Shown here one piece after another: positions 49,492 to 64,000 of a stretch of DNA of 64,000 nucleotides (position 1 is its first letter; each line of letters begins with the position of its first letter). Below the pieces are notes generated by a model. That model worked only from the letters and a program-made list of their open reading frames with translations, was not told where the DNA came from and made no database searches. The translations under genes were made by a program, and so were the position numbers. This stretch comes from Bilabrum cf. latius (Eukaryota): contig OZ237743.1 of NCBI GenBank assembly GCA_965178125.1, forward strand, positions 868,001-932,000, written 5' to 3'.

Positions 49492-51369
49492 ATGCAAGCC
49501 GATCCAGAAACGTGCAAGCAAGATGACATTGATCATGCGGTCGAGATTGTTACTGCTGGCGGGAGTTCGGCAGCAAGTGCGCTGGAATTTTTGCATTCTT
49601 GTATGAAATTCAATGGTCGACATCTCGAATTCGGCTCAAGAGCAATGCAGGAGCTTTTTGTGTCATAGATTGAGGGATCGAACCCAGAGCTAGTTATACA
49701 TGGTGCTAAAGCATCGAATAATAGTTGCGTTTTGAACCCAGAGGGGCTGTCAAGTTGGTTCGAAGTCCGAGGTCCGATGAGAGTGGCATGTGCCATCGGC
49801 TCGCGGGCCAAGTTGAGGGATGTACACGTAGCTGCAAGCGATTGTATTGCTTTGAAGGTGATGAATACTCTTATCAGCCGTTCTGATAGCAAAAAGCAGC
49901 AGTTGGTCGCTTCAGATCCGAGTGTATTGCAATCGCTGGTCGCCACAGCTGAGACGGCCTTGTGGAATGGCGAAAGGACCGGGCCAAAGCTGAGCCTATG
50001 GCAGCATAATGCGTTGCTCGAGCTTTGCTCAAGCACATTTTCTGTCCTTGCGCGCCTGGGTGCGGCCCTTGGTCGCTCTGAAGCTGGGCCTCCGAGTAGC
50101 CCAAGTTGGGTGGTCGCCCAAACGCGCCTCGGGCTGCTGATCACGCGAGTATTGCGGCTGTCTCCGGCGGCCAGCGAGCCATTTCAGAGAGACGCGTGGC
50201 AGCGGTGTGCGGAGCTGCTCATGTTTGCGCCCCGCACGGTGCCCATGGCCGTCGCCACTCGCGAGGGTGGTCCATCGAGTGGAGCGGGGTCCGGGGCAGC
50301 GGGAGGACTGGGGGCGGCAACGCAGGGGGGCTCATTTCCCCTGTTTCTGCTCAGGGCCGGCTGCGTGTGGCACTTGCTCGATGGGGTCCGGCGCGAGGTC
50401 AGTCAGTTCGCGGTGCTGCACGAGCAGCAGAGGGGGGCGAGGGTCCAGCGGAAGCGGAAGGGGGCGGGCGAGAGGGAGGTAACCAGCGGGGCCGGTGCAC
50501 CTGCAGCCACCAGTGGGGCAGGGGCGGGCGGCCCTGCGAAGGAAACGGGCGAAGAGGGGGATGGCAAATAGAGCGCGAAGGACAGCTAGGAGAAGGAGAA
50601 GGAGAAGGAGAAGGAGGAGGAGCTTGGGAAGTCTGGGCAGCGGCTGGCAGCGCTGATGAACGCGTGCTACTGGCTGGTGGGGGACAAGGGGGAGCAAGCC
50701 CGGGCAGTGGGTCACGTGCTTAGACTGGGCAGGGCGGTGGCTGACGCTGAGCAGTACATAGACCAGTCGTGGGCGAAGGGCCGCAAGGAGGAGGCGTCCA
50801 TGGGCACTCTCGGGGTGCTGCTGAGGGCAGAGACAACGGGGGAGAAAGGGACGGGCGGTGGTGACATAGAGGACGGGGGGCTGTAGGCCGGGGATCGGTG
50901 CGGGGTGATGCTGCGAGCCGTGCGAGGCAAATCGGAGGCGCCTCTGGACGTGACTGTGCGGGATGCGGGGCTGTCGGCGGCTTTGGCGATCACGGCGAGC
51001 GAGGAGGATGACGGGACCAAAGGCGCTGGATCGTTGTCAGGACCATTTGCTGTCAAAACTGCGGCCAAAGCCGCGGCAGCCAGGCCGCTGCCCAGCCCCA
51101 CGGCGGGTGCTTGCGAGCTGCTGGCGTCGGTGCGCTCGCTGTCGGGCCAGGGCGGCGCTTCCGAGATGCCAGCGGAGCGAGCGTGCGACTGGGCGCTCGG
51201 TGTTCTACGCGCGTTTGAGCTCGCGCTGTCATCTGGCGGTCCAATGCTCCGGCGGATGGCAGAGGAGACTGCGCTTGCTTCGCTTGGCACAGTGCAGGCG
51301 CTTGGGACCGTGCTCGGGCCAGGAGCTCTCATCGGCAAAATGATGCGCGAGAAAGCCAGTCAAACATGA
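49492..51369 (+). CDS. Hypothetical helical protein (~625 aa); start uncertain
   Basis: ORFs 49732, 50656 and 50905 are in one frame joined by TAG; ends TGA. Confidence 0.6.
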
Positions 51370-51720
51370 TTCAGGTCCATTGAATTCAACATAGAACACA
51401 TTGTCTTTCAGTTTCGCGAACGAAGTGATTGTCATCAACCCATTGAAATGTCCACCAACAACTTGAAGTTGCCGGATCGCCGTGCAGGACAGTGGGTGCA
51501 CAGAAAATAACACGAGATCGATATATTCGATGCAAGCCACGCGCGGCGTTCACTTTGTGAGCGCCACCAACCGTTCAAGCCAACCTGGATCCGCTTCCTG
51601 CCACAAACCCCGCCAACACAAGCGCGTGCCGCCCCTCTCTTAAGCTCTCGTGCACATCCTTCCTGCCACCACCCTACGCAACTACCAAATCAAGCCTACC
51701 TATGCAAGTGTGCCTCATGC

Positions 51721-54401
<2,681 letters not shown>

Positions 54402-54963
54402 CGCACGTCAGAACCAGAATCTATGCATCTCGATGAGCAGGGCCCTCCCAATTACGATTTTCTTAAATACACGTTACAGTAGAATAGTTGTCGAAAAATT
54501 ATCGGCGCGGCGATTGGTAAAGGTTCCGCAGAGCTTGGCGGCCTCCAATGGGTCATTGCCCCACGATTTTTTACCTGATGGCAACCTTGCTTAATTCACA
54601 CGACTACTTGTACGATATGGACAACTGGGGCTGACCAAATTTGTATTTGGGCCTTTGAGTTTGTATCAATTTACGCAATACAGGCGCCCCATGGCAAACA
54701 CCTAAAATTGACGGCGTAGTCGATACTACTGCATGTAGTATGACACGCGGACTTCTCTAATTTGTAGTTGGTACCACGCGCGCGCTTCTCGCACCGGAGC
54801 AGGCATACGTGCGACCACCCACCACCGACACACCGACAATACACTCATCACATGTTGCGACCACAACGGACACTCGTGCCGAAATTGCACACTGCGCTCA
54901 AGGGCATCTGTGGCTGCAAATCATATGTCTCTCGAAGAGGATGTAGATAGATTGTATTAGAAG

Positions 54964-57900
54964 ATGATATCAGCGAGCGAGATCGAACACTCGCACAGAA
55001 TGGCACTGGTACAGGCGCAGGACATGCGCGCCGGCCACGCAATGACTGCCGGCCGGTCTGGAATCACAGCAAGCCCTGCCGGGCTCAATCGAGCCACGAA
55101 GCTGTAGCGAGCCGGTTTGGCAGTGTCGGATCCCCGAGGCAACACAACAGCCTCCAGATCAACACATTTTGGTCACTTGGACTCCTGTGAGCTGTATTCT
55201 GCAGCAAGCCGCGCGACCTCTCGAAATTGGAATTGCGCCTCGACTCGAAGACAGCATTTCATGGTATTTAATTATTTCTCATGTCGCAGCAAACGAGTCG
55301 GCGCAGCATCGCCGGATCGACCACGCGCAGGAAGTGTCCAGGCAGCTGCACCAGGCCTCCGCCACCCGTCTTGGCATCGCATCTCACCCAGAAGACGAGC
55401 GTACGCATCGACGCGGTGTATTGGAAAGCAAGGAGGGCGAAGGGTCTGTCGCTACAGGCGGCCGAGCCTCTGTGCCGCGACTACCGCTCGGAGTCTCTGC
55501 CTCGGTAACTTCCACGCAGAGCGGTTTTGCCGCCAATGCCGCGGCCAGAGACGAGGGGGTGCAGGAGCGGGCCGCGGCGTGGCTTCGGTCGCGCGGATTG
55601 ATCATCGGGGAAGGCGAGCATCCTCGCGGTAGCAGCAGCCAGGGGTCGCTGGGCGGTGCCACTGGCTTGACGGGCGAGCAGGGGGGGTATGACGAGTACG
55701 GCCAGGTCGCGGGGGAACAAGGAGGGCAGGGGGCACAGCACCATAACGACCAGCTCATGCCTTGGCACCGGAGCGCGGGCAGTGCGGGGGCAGGGAGCCG
55801 TGGTGCAGGGCATGCCCCCGGGCAGCTGTCCAGCGAGTCGCTGCTTCGGCGTGCCATGGATGAGGCCGACAGGTCCGTGGTTGATTCCCTGAGGGAGAAG
55901 GAGGAAGTGAGGTTCGTGACGGGGGAGGGCGCGGGGCACGTCCCGAGGAACAAGGGGGGCAAGGGTCGGGATAGGGGGGCGATGAGGGGTGGGCAGGGGG
56001 CCAGGGCAGCGTACGGGGCTCCTGGGCCGCAGGTGGTGGGGCCAGAGGGGCAAGGGGCCAGGGGTCTCAGCGCAACGGTGGGGGCGGGGCCGGAGAGGCA
56101 GGGCCGTGGGGCAGGTGCACATCAGCAGCAGCTCGGTGGCAGGCCCGACGTGCAGGTGTCAGGGGTGGGGAACTTGAGTGCGAGGGGTCCCGTGCGAGGA
56201 GGTGCATCGCACGGTCGTGGCATGGCGGCCAACGGGCACAGGGGCGGTGGAGCGCTCGGAGGAGGCGTGTCCCCGCGGGTGCCCTCCTAGATGTACTCTA
56301 GGCTCGCGCAGTCCCCGCTCATGTCCTCCCAGCTGGGGCTAGGGGGGCCCCACTCCGCTGCAGCACGGCCCACATCAAGGGGCCTGCAGCACGAGACGAG
56401 GAGCAGGGTGGGGACGAGGCCGGGGTCCAAGCACCCGCTGGCCCAGTCCTAGGTGAGCCTGGTCTCCCCTCGGGGGGAGGCGCTGCCCGTGCCTCCCTCG
56501 GTGCTGGATGCACCCCCTGAATTGGGCGCGCTGCTGCTATCCCGGTCCCCAGTGGAGCTGCTCATGGAGAGGGAGCAACAGGAGATGGAGGCCGGGGTAC
56601 CGCCACTGACCGCCGGACTGCGGGTTAGCGAATGGATCTACACGGAGATGGGACCCAGGCTGCCCAAAGACGTGCAGGGCTTGCTGTGGAGGCAGTCCAG
56701 GCAGGGCGGTCACAGGGGGGGTGAGGGCGCCGGTGGACCAGGGAACATGGGGCTGGGACCGGGGCCGTCCACCGGGGGAACACACAGTGCGTTGGCGCAG
56801 GAGCTGGCACAGGGATCTGCGGCCATATCGCAGCAGCCTTCCCGCAGCTCTACCCATGGCAGGGGTGGAGGTGGTGGTGCTGGCGCTGGTGGCGTTGGAG
56901 GTGGTGGTTACAGGGGGCGCGGTGGGCGAGGTGGGTACCAATCTAGCTCCCGCACCATCACAGTGGCAGGGGCGCCCAACCTGCGGACAGCGCAAAGGGC
57001 CGCACTGCGTGACGAGCGCATGCTGGAGATGCTGCGCGGTGGCGGGGCAGGGGCTGCGGGCGGGCCCAGCTACGACGAACTCATGAAGAAGAAGTCGCCC
57101 AACTTTGACCAGTTCCTGGAGGGCCTCAGGGAACAAGAGGCGGGGCGCGGGTCTAGGATTGGGGGCCTGCAGGAGGCGCTGGCTGAGGCCCGGCGCACCG
57201 AGATGGAGATGGGCTCGAGGGAGTCTGCCTCTACCTTTGGGAGGGGCGGGGCCAGCAGGGGGCTCCAGGGCCAGGCCGCTGGGGAGAGGGGCCTGGCCGA
57301 GGAGGCGGATCCTGCGGGGACGCAGGACCGGGCCGCTTCTCGGGTGCAGGCCCTGTGGAGAGGCAAGCAGGCCAGGGAACAAGTGCAGCCGATGAAGGAG
57401 GAGCGCTAGCAGCAGGCAGCGGCAGCGGCTCGGATCCAGGCGGTGGCCAGAGGCAGGGCGACGAGGCAGGAGCTGGAGAAGAAGAAGGACGCTGCGAGGG
57501 CGGCGAGACTGAGGAAGGGAGGCCGCAGACGGTCCTCCGTGCGGAACCCAGCCGGCGTCCCACTCATCACACCGCCCACGGGTCACCTGACGGGTCTCGG
57601 CGCCACGCAGAGCTTCCGCCAGGAACGGGGCGAGGCCATCGCGCAGGGCGGTGACTAGGTGGAGGCCACGCTGGACAGGGTGGAGGAGGCTGTGGGGCTG
57701 GAGACTGACAGCATGGCCGATCCTGCCGTGGACCACGGGGTGCATGGCGATGGCGAAGGGGGAGAGGAGGAGGACGAGGAGGCTGCCAGGCGGTTCCTCG
57801 GTGTAGACGAAGCAGACAGAGAGGCGGCAGAGGCCAGGGCGCGGGTGGAGGCCGGAAGCAAAGGGGAGGGAGAGGGGCAGGAGGGGGCGGGTGGGGACGG

Positions 57901-60175
57901 GACAGGGCAGTGGGGCGGTGGGGCCGCAGGGGGGGGTCTGGTGGCCAAGCCCAGCACCGCTGACATGGACCGGGACATGGCGGCCGAGGAGCAGATGCAG
58001 GATATGACCACTGCGGCAACGAGGATCCAGTGCGTGATGAGGGGCGCTCTGGCTAGGAAGCAGACCTCGTCCATGCGCCAGATGAAGCTCGACAAAGAGG
58101 CTCAGGAGAAAGAGGAGGCCGAGAAGAAGGCAGCGGCAGCCAAGGCCAGGAGGCAGGGGGTGCTTGCAAAGGCGCGCCGGGCAAGCGTGGCGAGGCGCGC
58201 CTCTGTGGCAAAGCTGCCCGTCGTGGAGGCAGACGTGCTCGAGTGGCTGGCGCAGCGCATTCGGTCAGTGCAACCCGGGGAGCTAGAGCAGCTCACCAAG
58301 CCCAAGAAGCCAGACAAGGCCATGACCGTGGTGGCAGGGGCCCTCTGCGTGCTGCTCAACATACCCGAGCCTTCGTGGCGCGTTGCTCGCAGGGTCATGC
58401 GCCGCGACGGTTTCCTCCGAAAGCTGGGGATGGTTCACCCCTCCCAGCTGGAGCCGTATGCCAAGCGGATCGCACGCAAGCTGGCCCAGGCAGAGAAGAC
58501 CAGCCTGGCTCAGGTCAGGAGCAACGCACCCGCCGCCGAGGCGCAGGCGTCCGCTGCCGCTGCCGCAGCGGATCTGCAGTCGCTCCGCTTCGCCATCATG
58601 CGCGTGCAGGCGGACGAGCAGGCTGCACGGGAGCAGCGGATCCGGGCACGGGCGAAGGCAAGCGGGTAGGACGAGGACGAGGCAGTCAAGAAGGCGGGGG
58701 CGGAGCCCAGCGCAGCGGAGTAGGCGGAGCTGGCGGAGGGCAGAGACAGGGGGCACGCACTGCGGGTGCTGGTCGACTGGATCACAGTGATGGCTTTCTT
58801 TAGGCCGCAGCGCATCGCGGGCGCGTCGCAGGCCCTCGGGGCGGGGGAGGGCTAGCAGGCTGGCGCTGGCGATGGCGATGGGGAGGTGCCCGGGGCCGCG
58901 TCTGGCGTAGCCGGTGGGCCGGCCAGCGGCGCAGGCACCGGCGGTGCGGAGGGCCCTGAAGGGTCTGTGCAGCTGTCCATGCGGTCGGGTGCGTCCTCTC
59001 AAGACTACGCCGTGCTGAGCATGGACCAGGCAAAGGCGTTGCTGCGGGAGATAGACCACGCCGAGTTGGCGCTGGCGGCGCGGGAATCGGTGCCCACCCC
59101 GGCGAGGCAGGTTCTCTTCGGCGCTCTGTGCCTGATGCTGGGCGAGCTGCCGTGCTACGACAACGGGCGCGCTCTGCTATCCAAGCCCAAGGTGTTGCTG
59201 GAGCGGATGGGCCGGCTGGAGCAGGACGGCATCAGCAACAAGCTCAAGCTCGCTTTGGCCGCCCTGCTCACCACGCGGCGCTTCCTGAGCATCAACGAGA
59301 CCAAGCAGAAGAAGATGGGCAAGCCGCTCGCCGACCTCTTCCGGTTCATCATCGCGCTCATCTCAAGCCCGGACATGCCTGCCAAGCGCATCCCGCAGCC
59401 CAGGTCAGCCCGCTTGTCGGCACACCGGTACGTAAAGGAGCTGATCGCGGAGAAGAGCGAGCGCAGGGCGGAGGAGAAGAAGAAGCTGGACGCCAACCTG
59501 GTCAAGGAGAAGGAGGCATCCGAAGCCGACGTCAGGGCGCGGGCGGCATCCACCGCGGCCATCAGCAGGGCAGGGCTCAGCAGCAGGGGGTCCTCTCGGC
59601 AGGGAGCGGCGGGCACGGGGGCCAAGGACATCAAGGAGCTGGCTGCGGATGCGTTCTACGGCGGGGGCGACTTCGGCAGGGAGGGCGTCAGCAGCATGGT
59701 GATGCGGGCCGTGTTCCGCGCGGCCGCTTGGCGCGCTCAGGCAAGAGTGCGTCGCTGGCGGGAGATGAACGTGATCAATCTCCTGAACAGCTCAAGGCTA
59801 GGCATGGCACGAAGGGGACTCCTGGACCTCACGAGAGTCGACCTCAACGACTTCAGGAGGCAGAAGCCCGTAGCCCGTGAGGCCATCGTGCTGGCTGGCG
59901 CCCTTTGCGTCCTCCTCCAGATCAAGCCGTCCTGGAAGAGCGTGCGGAAACTGCTATCGGAGCCTTCGATCCAAGAATTCTTGACGGAGCTGAAACCCAA
60001 GCACGTCGAGGAGGAGAAGATCAACATGGCGCGGCAGTTGCTGACCACGGAGGCAGAGATGGATCAGCTGGTCCGACAGAGCAAGCAACGAACAACGAAG
60101 ATTCTGTACAGGTGGATCGTGGCATTCACAGAGGCACCCAGAGACGAAGCTGAAGCAGCTGGAGCAGAGAAATAA
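54964..60175 (+). CDS. Large protein with IQ motifs and three dynein stalk microtubule-binding-domain-like repeats; intron 55187-55289
   Basis: ORFs 55169, 56453, 57443, 57659 and 58886 share a frame joined by TAG. IQ motifs VQALWRGKQAR, IQAVARGRATR, IQCVMRGALAR; repeats containing GALCVLL..PSW. Ends TAA. Confidence 0.75.
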
Positions 60176-61339
60176 ATTGAGATAGAACGAGAAGCGTCGT
60201 TATACATTAGTATTCATTCTAGTAAAATAGGAAATAAGCATTAGACTTTCCTTTCAAAAAGTTAGATGTTCACAAATAACCATTCATACGTATGCTCTTA
60301 AAGCACATAGATACGTGCTTTCCTGGATCTCAAGTATGGAATCATGTTTACAGACTGTTGTACAAAGGTCTGAAGTGTTTCCAACATTGATTGATACTTG
60401 CACGCTGTATTGTGCTGTCGTCGTTATCAACCCTGCTAACCATGGGTAATTCATGCTCTTATTACAATTTAGTTGCAAGTGAATTTAAATATCCCACTGG
60501 GAGCAAAAATAATCCTTGACATTCAGTAATATAAAATTTTCGGGGATGAAAAGCCTGCATAATGATAAAGTAATCGCATCGATAAACAAAAAATGATCAT
60601 CATCTTGCGGTTCGACACAATACAGTCGAAAAAGCTTCCGCCCAGTGCACACAGTGAACAATATCTTTATACCATTTTCACTCACCAAGCCTATTTTATT
60701 TAGTTTTTATTGGTATTGCTTTGCGAGTCCGGAGACTGGTTTTGGTCCTGGCAGTCAAATCCATAATCGAACGAAAAGTATTTAGTAGATTGCCGATCAA
60801 CCTGCCTCCATCACGTTGAGACTATCTGAAATGCTCAATCTTCAGTGCTACCAAGCAAGTTGTTGCTTCCAGAAGCCAATTGAGACTTGAATACAGTCTT
60901 CAGTAGCAAAAATACAAAGCAATGAAATCCATGGCAATCTCAAAGCATTGTCGTATCCAAAGGAATTTTCTTAAAAACTACCAGCAGAACTATTTTAATC
61001 TTACACTTCTTACAGTGATCTTATCATTTGAAAACATGAGGTGTGAAGTACTTGCTGCAGTGCGTGTGCCAATGGAATAGATTGATGATCAAAAACGATT
61101 AAAGCACTATTGATCCACTGATTGAGTAAATAAATAACTTTGATAGTCAGTGAGTGGGTTTAAGTCATAATAGCTACTGACAAACCTCGAATTCCAGATA
61201 ATGTTGAACCTAAAGAATCAAAGTAAGGGATTGAAAATTTTCTTTATAAACCCAAACATTGGACGCCCCTTATAGATATTGAATATACTTAGAGATGACT
61301 CACTATAGCAGAACTGTTCAAATCAAAATGTGATCACAA

Positions 61340-62935
61340 TCACAAATACAGCATCCCTCCGGAATATGTGAGCTCGTCCACCTACCAAACAAGGCCTCCC
61401 TTGCTCGGATCGTACTTTCTTACCATGGCGAAAAGATACGTCACCGCGCGAATTTCGTCTTCAGCACCCTCGACCACTTCATCTTTCTTGGTCATGCAGT
61501 GGATCTACTGCACCATACAGCTTACGAGAATAACTGGATCACCTCGCTCGGGAGCCTTGGCACCCATAATCGTGACGTCATTAACACCAAGCAGAGTATC
61601 GTCAACGACAACACCTTCGGCTTCTCTCTAATGGAGCATTGCATTAACTCTTTCCATGCACCCGTCAGTCATCCAAGCGCCAAGAGTCATGCGATCGCCA
61701 CGAAGGAGTGCTTTCACAACAACAGGAATAATGTCTTCCTACATTTCATGGACGAACTCTGGTCCTGAATCAAAGCCGGGATCAAGCATCAAGATTCGAC
61801 CCATGGCACGAGCGTGCTCAGTTTCACCAAACATAGTATCGTAGGCTGACGATGCCTGATATATAATACTGCGAAGAAAAGAAGGCAGTCAAGGAACACC
61901 TAGCATCTGCATCAATGTAATAAATAGCCGGGCAAATTGGTTGATTCCGTGACTAATTTCTCTGCTTACGGTGACTGGGACGTTTCCCAAGTGTCCTGCA
62001 CTTTGTCTTTGGCCTCCCGTACCTAGTTGGCAGCTTCAGTTGCCGCCTTGCCTACACTTGTTTTCTGCGCGGCCTCGCCTGCCTCCTTCAGCATTTCAAG
62101 GACCGGTGAGGCCCCAATCATGTCAGCATAGTGCTACCAGCGGCTCTTTTCTTCCCTTGCCACAACAATGGCTGTGGTCTCAGTGTCCAGCTGCTTCGCT
62201 GACTTCGAGCGCTCGTCGAAATCAGCAGGCTTTTCGACCTGGACTTCCCCAGTGAATTTGTTCCTGTACACAACGACATCCTTTTTGCCAGCCTGCTCTG
62301 CGGCCTTCTTTTTCCCATCGGCGCCGTACCTTTCGAGGGCCTTCGGCGACACGGTCACAGCAATCCAAGGGTACTCCTTCTCCCGCTGTGCGCGCCTACG
62401 ACCTTCCATGGTGCCCTCATCGGCGTTACCACTGGGCTCAACTCCAACTGCACCCAGCAAGACATCTTTCATGAACCCCAAAATACCTGGAGATCCCTCT
62501 GCATCAACTCTGGTTCCTTCGCTCGACTTTTCAGCCTTTGGTGCTTCGTCGCTGGGAGACTCCTCAGTATCAGCAGTACCCTGCGTTCAGTATGATACAA
62601 GAGTAAATATTGCCAGCTTGGCGCCCCTACTGTCCAACTGCGGCCTAGAGTGGCCACTGGCTGCAAACCAAAACGAGCCCACGATTCGTGGGAACTGTAG
62701 CGCTGTATCTCACCTTTTCAGCGGAATCAGACGAGCCAAATATAGATCCCATGAATGAATCCGCCGATTTTTCGCCTGCTTCTTCCTCCTTAGGGTTCTG
62801 CTTATCCCACAGAGAGGCCGAACTTGATACGCTTAGCCTCTGGTCGAGCTGGAAACGTGCAATTCGAATGCGTCCCAAACTCCGCACCCTACCAAGGGAG
62901 CGCTAGCTATGCGTGAGCACTCTAAATACGCGCAT
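61340..62935 (-). CDS. TIM44: Mitochondrial import inner membrane translocase subunit Tim44; introns 62581-62713 and 61869-61969
   Basis: Presequence MRVFRVLTHS*RSLGRVRSL; WETSQSP|YIYQ; FGETEHARAMGRILMLDPGF; IIPVVVKALLRGD; MVQ*IHC..EVVEGAEDEI. 7 TAG; ends TGA. Confidence 0.82.
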
Positions 62936-63423
62936 AAACGAATTTACGTCTGCTTGTGGATCTTCCAGGCTATTTAGCTGCAGTTCACGTCGTGATCGTA
63001 ATGTGACGAGTATAAATCATGATATGAAGATGAAGATGTCGCGAATTCTGGAGGTTCAACAGCTGCAGCAGGACTGCTAAGTCAAGAATCAGACTGCCTA
63101 TCGTGTACTATGCCTATCCCAACGAGTCAGCTGAGAGAAGCTCGTGAGTTTTGTCGTGAACTGCAGTCTTGATCACTAAAAGCGACAGTCTGAGCAAGTG
63201 CACCCGAGACACGTCGCTTGTCAAAACGAAGTCTACCCAGCCTGCTTTGACGTCTTAAATTTGATAACGATATAAATAAAGATTGAAGTGTCGTCCACTT
63301 AGATCAATGCGCCTGCTGAATGGGCGCTAGTTGCCGCCTTGGCTGTATTGAGCAGCAACGTGGCTGCTGCGTGGCAGTCATTCATTCAGCGGCAAGCACC
63401 ATAGTGTTCACTCTTCATCGCAG

Positions 63424-63743
63424 TGGGCGATTATTATGACACATTGGAGCCGGCCATCGACTTCGTCCTGAATCCTATCGTCGTTATGCTGCTGGCTGCG
63501 CTATTCTTGATTGGTATTGCGTACATGGGCAGCGCAGCCAGACGCGCTGATCAGGAGAAATGGCAAGAGCGGGCCAAGCAGGTGAACTTTCCTGCGGACG
63601 GCGTTCCAGAGGATAGTGATGATGACGGCGATGATTCCGAAGAGGATTCCGATGAGGAGTCGGATGAAGATGACAGCGATGGGGACAAAGAGGAGGATGA
63701 CGATGGCACTGCCGGGGTTTCCGACAAGAAGAAGAACAACTGA
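63424..63743 (+). CDS. Small single-pass membrane protein with an acidic tail; probable 3' exon, start not resolved
   Basis: TM PIVVMLLAALFLIGIAYM, D/E/S-rich tail, KKKNN-TGA; preceded by the acceptor-like TTCATCGCAG. Confidence 0.55.
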
Positions 63744-64000
63744 TAGTTCGCGACTGCGTGTATGTTACCCATGTCTGCGGCTTCAATCTGCTGCCCAGTT
63801 GCAAGGCCTTGGCTCTGACCCTCTCGAGTCGGCCCAAGCGCCACCTCGGAGCAGAGCAGACTGCAAGAGGACGGTGCCGTTCGGGCGTGCGTAGGTGTGG
63901 TGCAGCGGGGGCTGATCCATCCGACGGGAGGTGTGTTGCTGCGTATTGACTTTTTAACTCTCAATTGTGCGATTCCAAGGCCAGCCCCACTTTCCCCACC

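Overview
Gene-dense, GC-rich nuclear DNA from a flagellated, mitochondriate protist. It carries DRC1, ATP synthase beta, Tim44, a mitochondrial Met-tRNA formyltransferase and GT-AG spliceosomal introns of about 90-400 nt. The main result is a non-standard nuclear genetic code: TAG is a sense codon, most likely Gln, while TAA and TGA remain stops. The supplied ORF track is broken at TAG codons. Reading through TAG joins the fragments into about 20 complete genes, each ending in TAA or TGA, including ORFs of 2889 aa (21 in-frame TAG, no TAA/TGA) and 1848 aa (15 TAG). TAG lies inside conserved domains (C2H2 finger, Fmt, NUDT22, Tim44, DRC1 C-terminus, quinone reductase), inside a poly-Gln tract, and opposite CAG in paralogous copies. 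Other features: a non-motor protein with IQ motifs and three dynein MTBD-like repeats; an ATP synthase beta with a ~120-aa insertion and a long C-terminal extension; and a rearranged accessory region (about 10-23.7 kb) with a pseudokinase family and chimeric duplications. All family calls are motif recognition by eye, with no database search.
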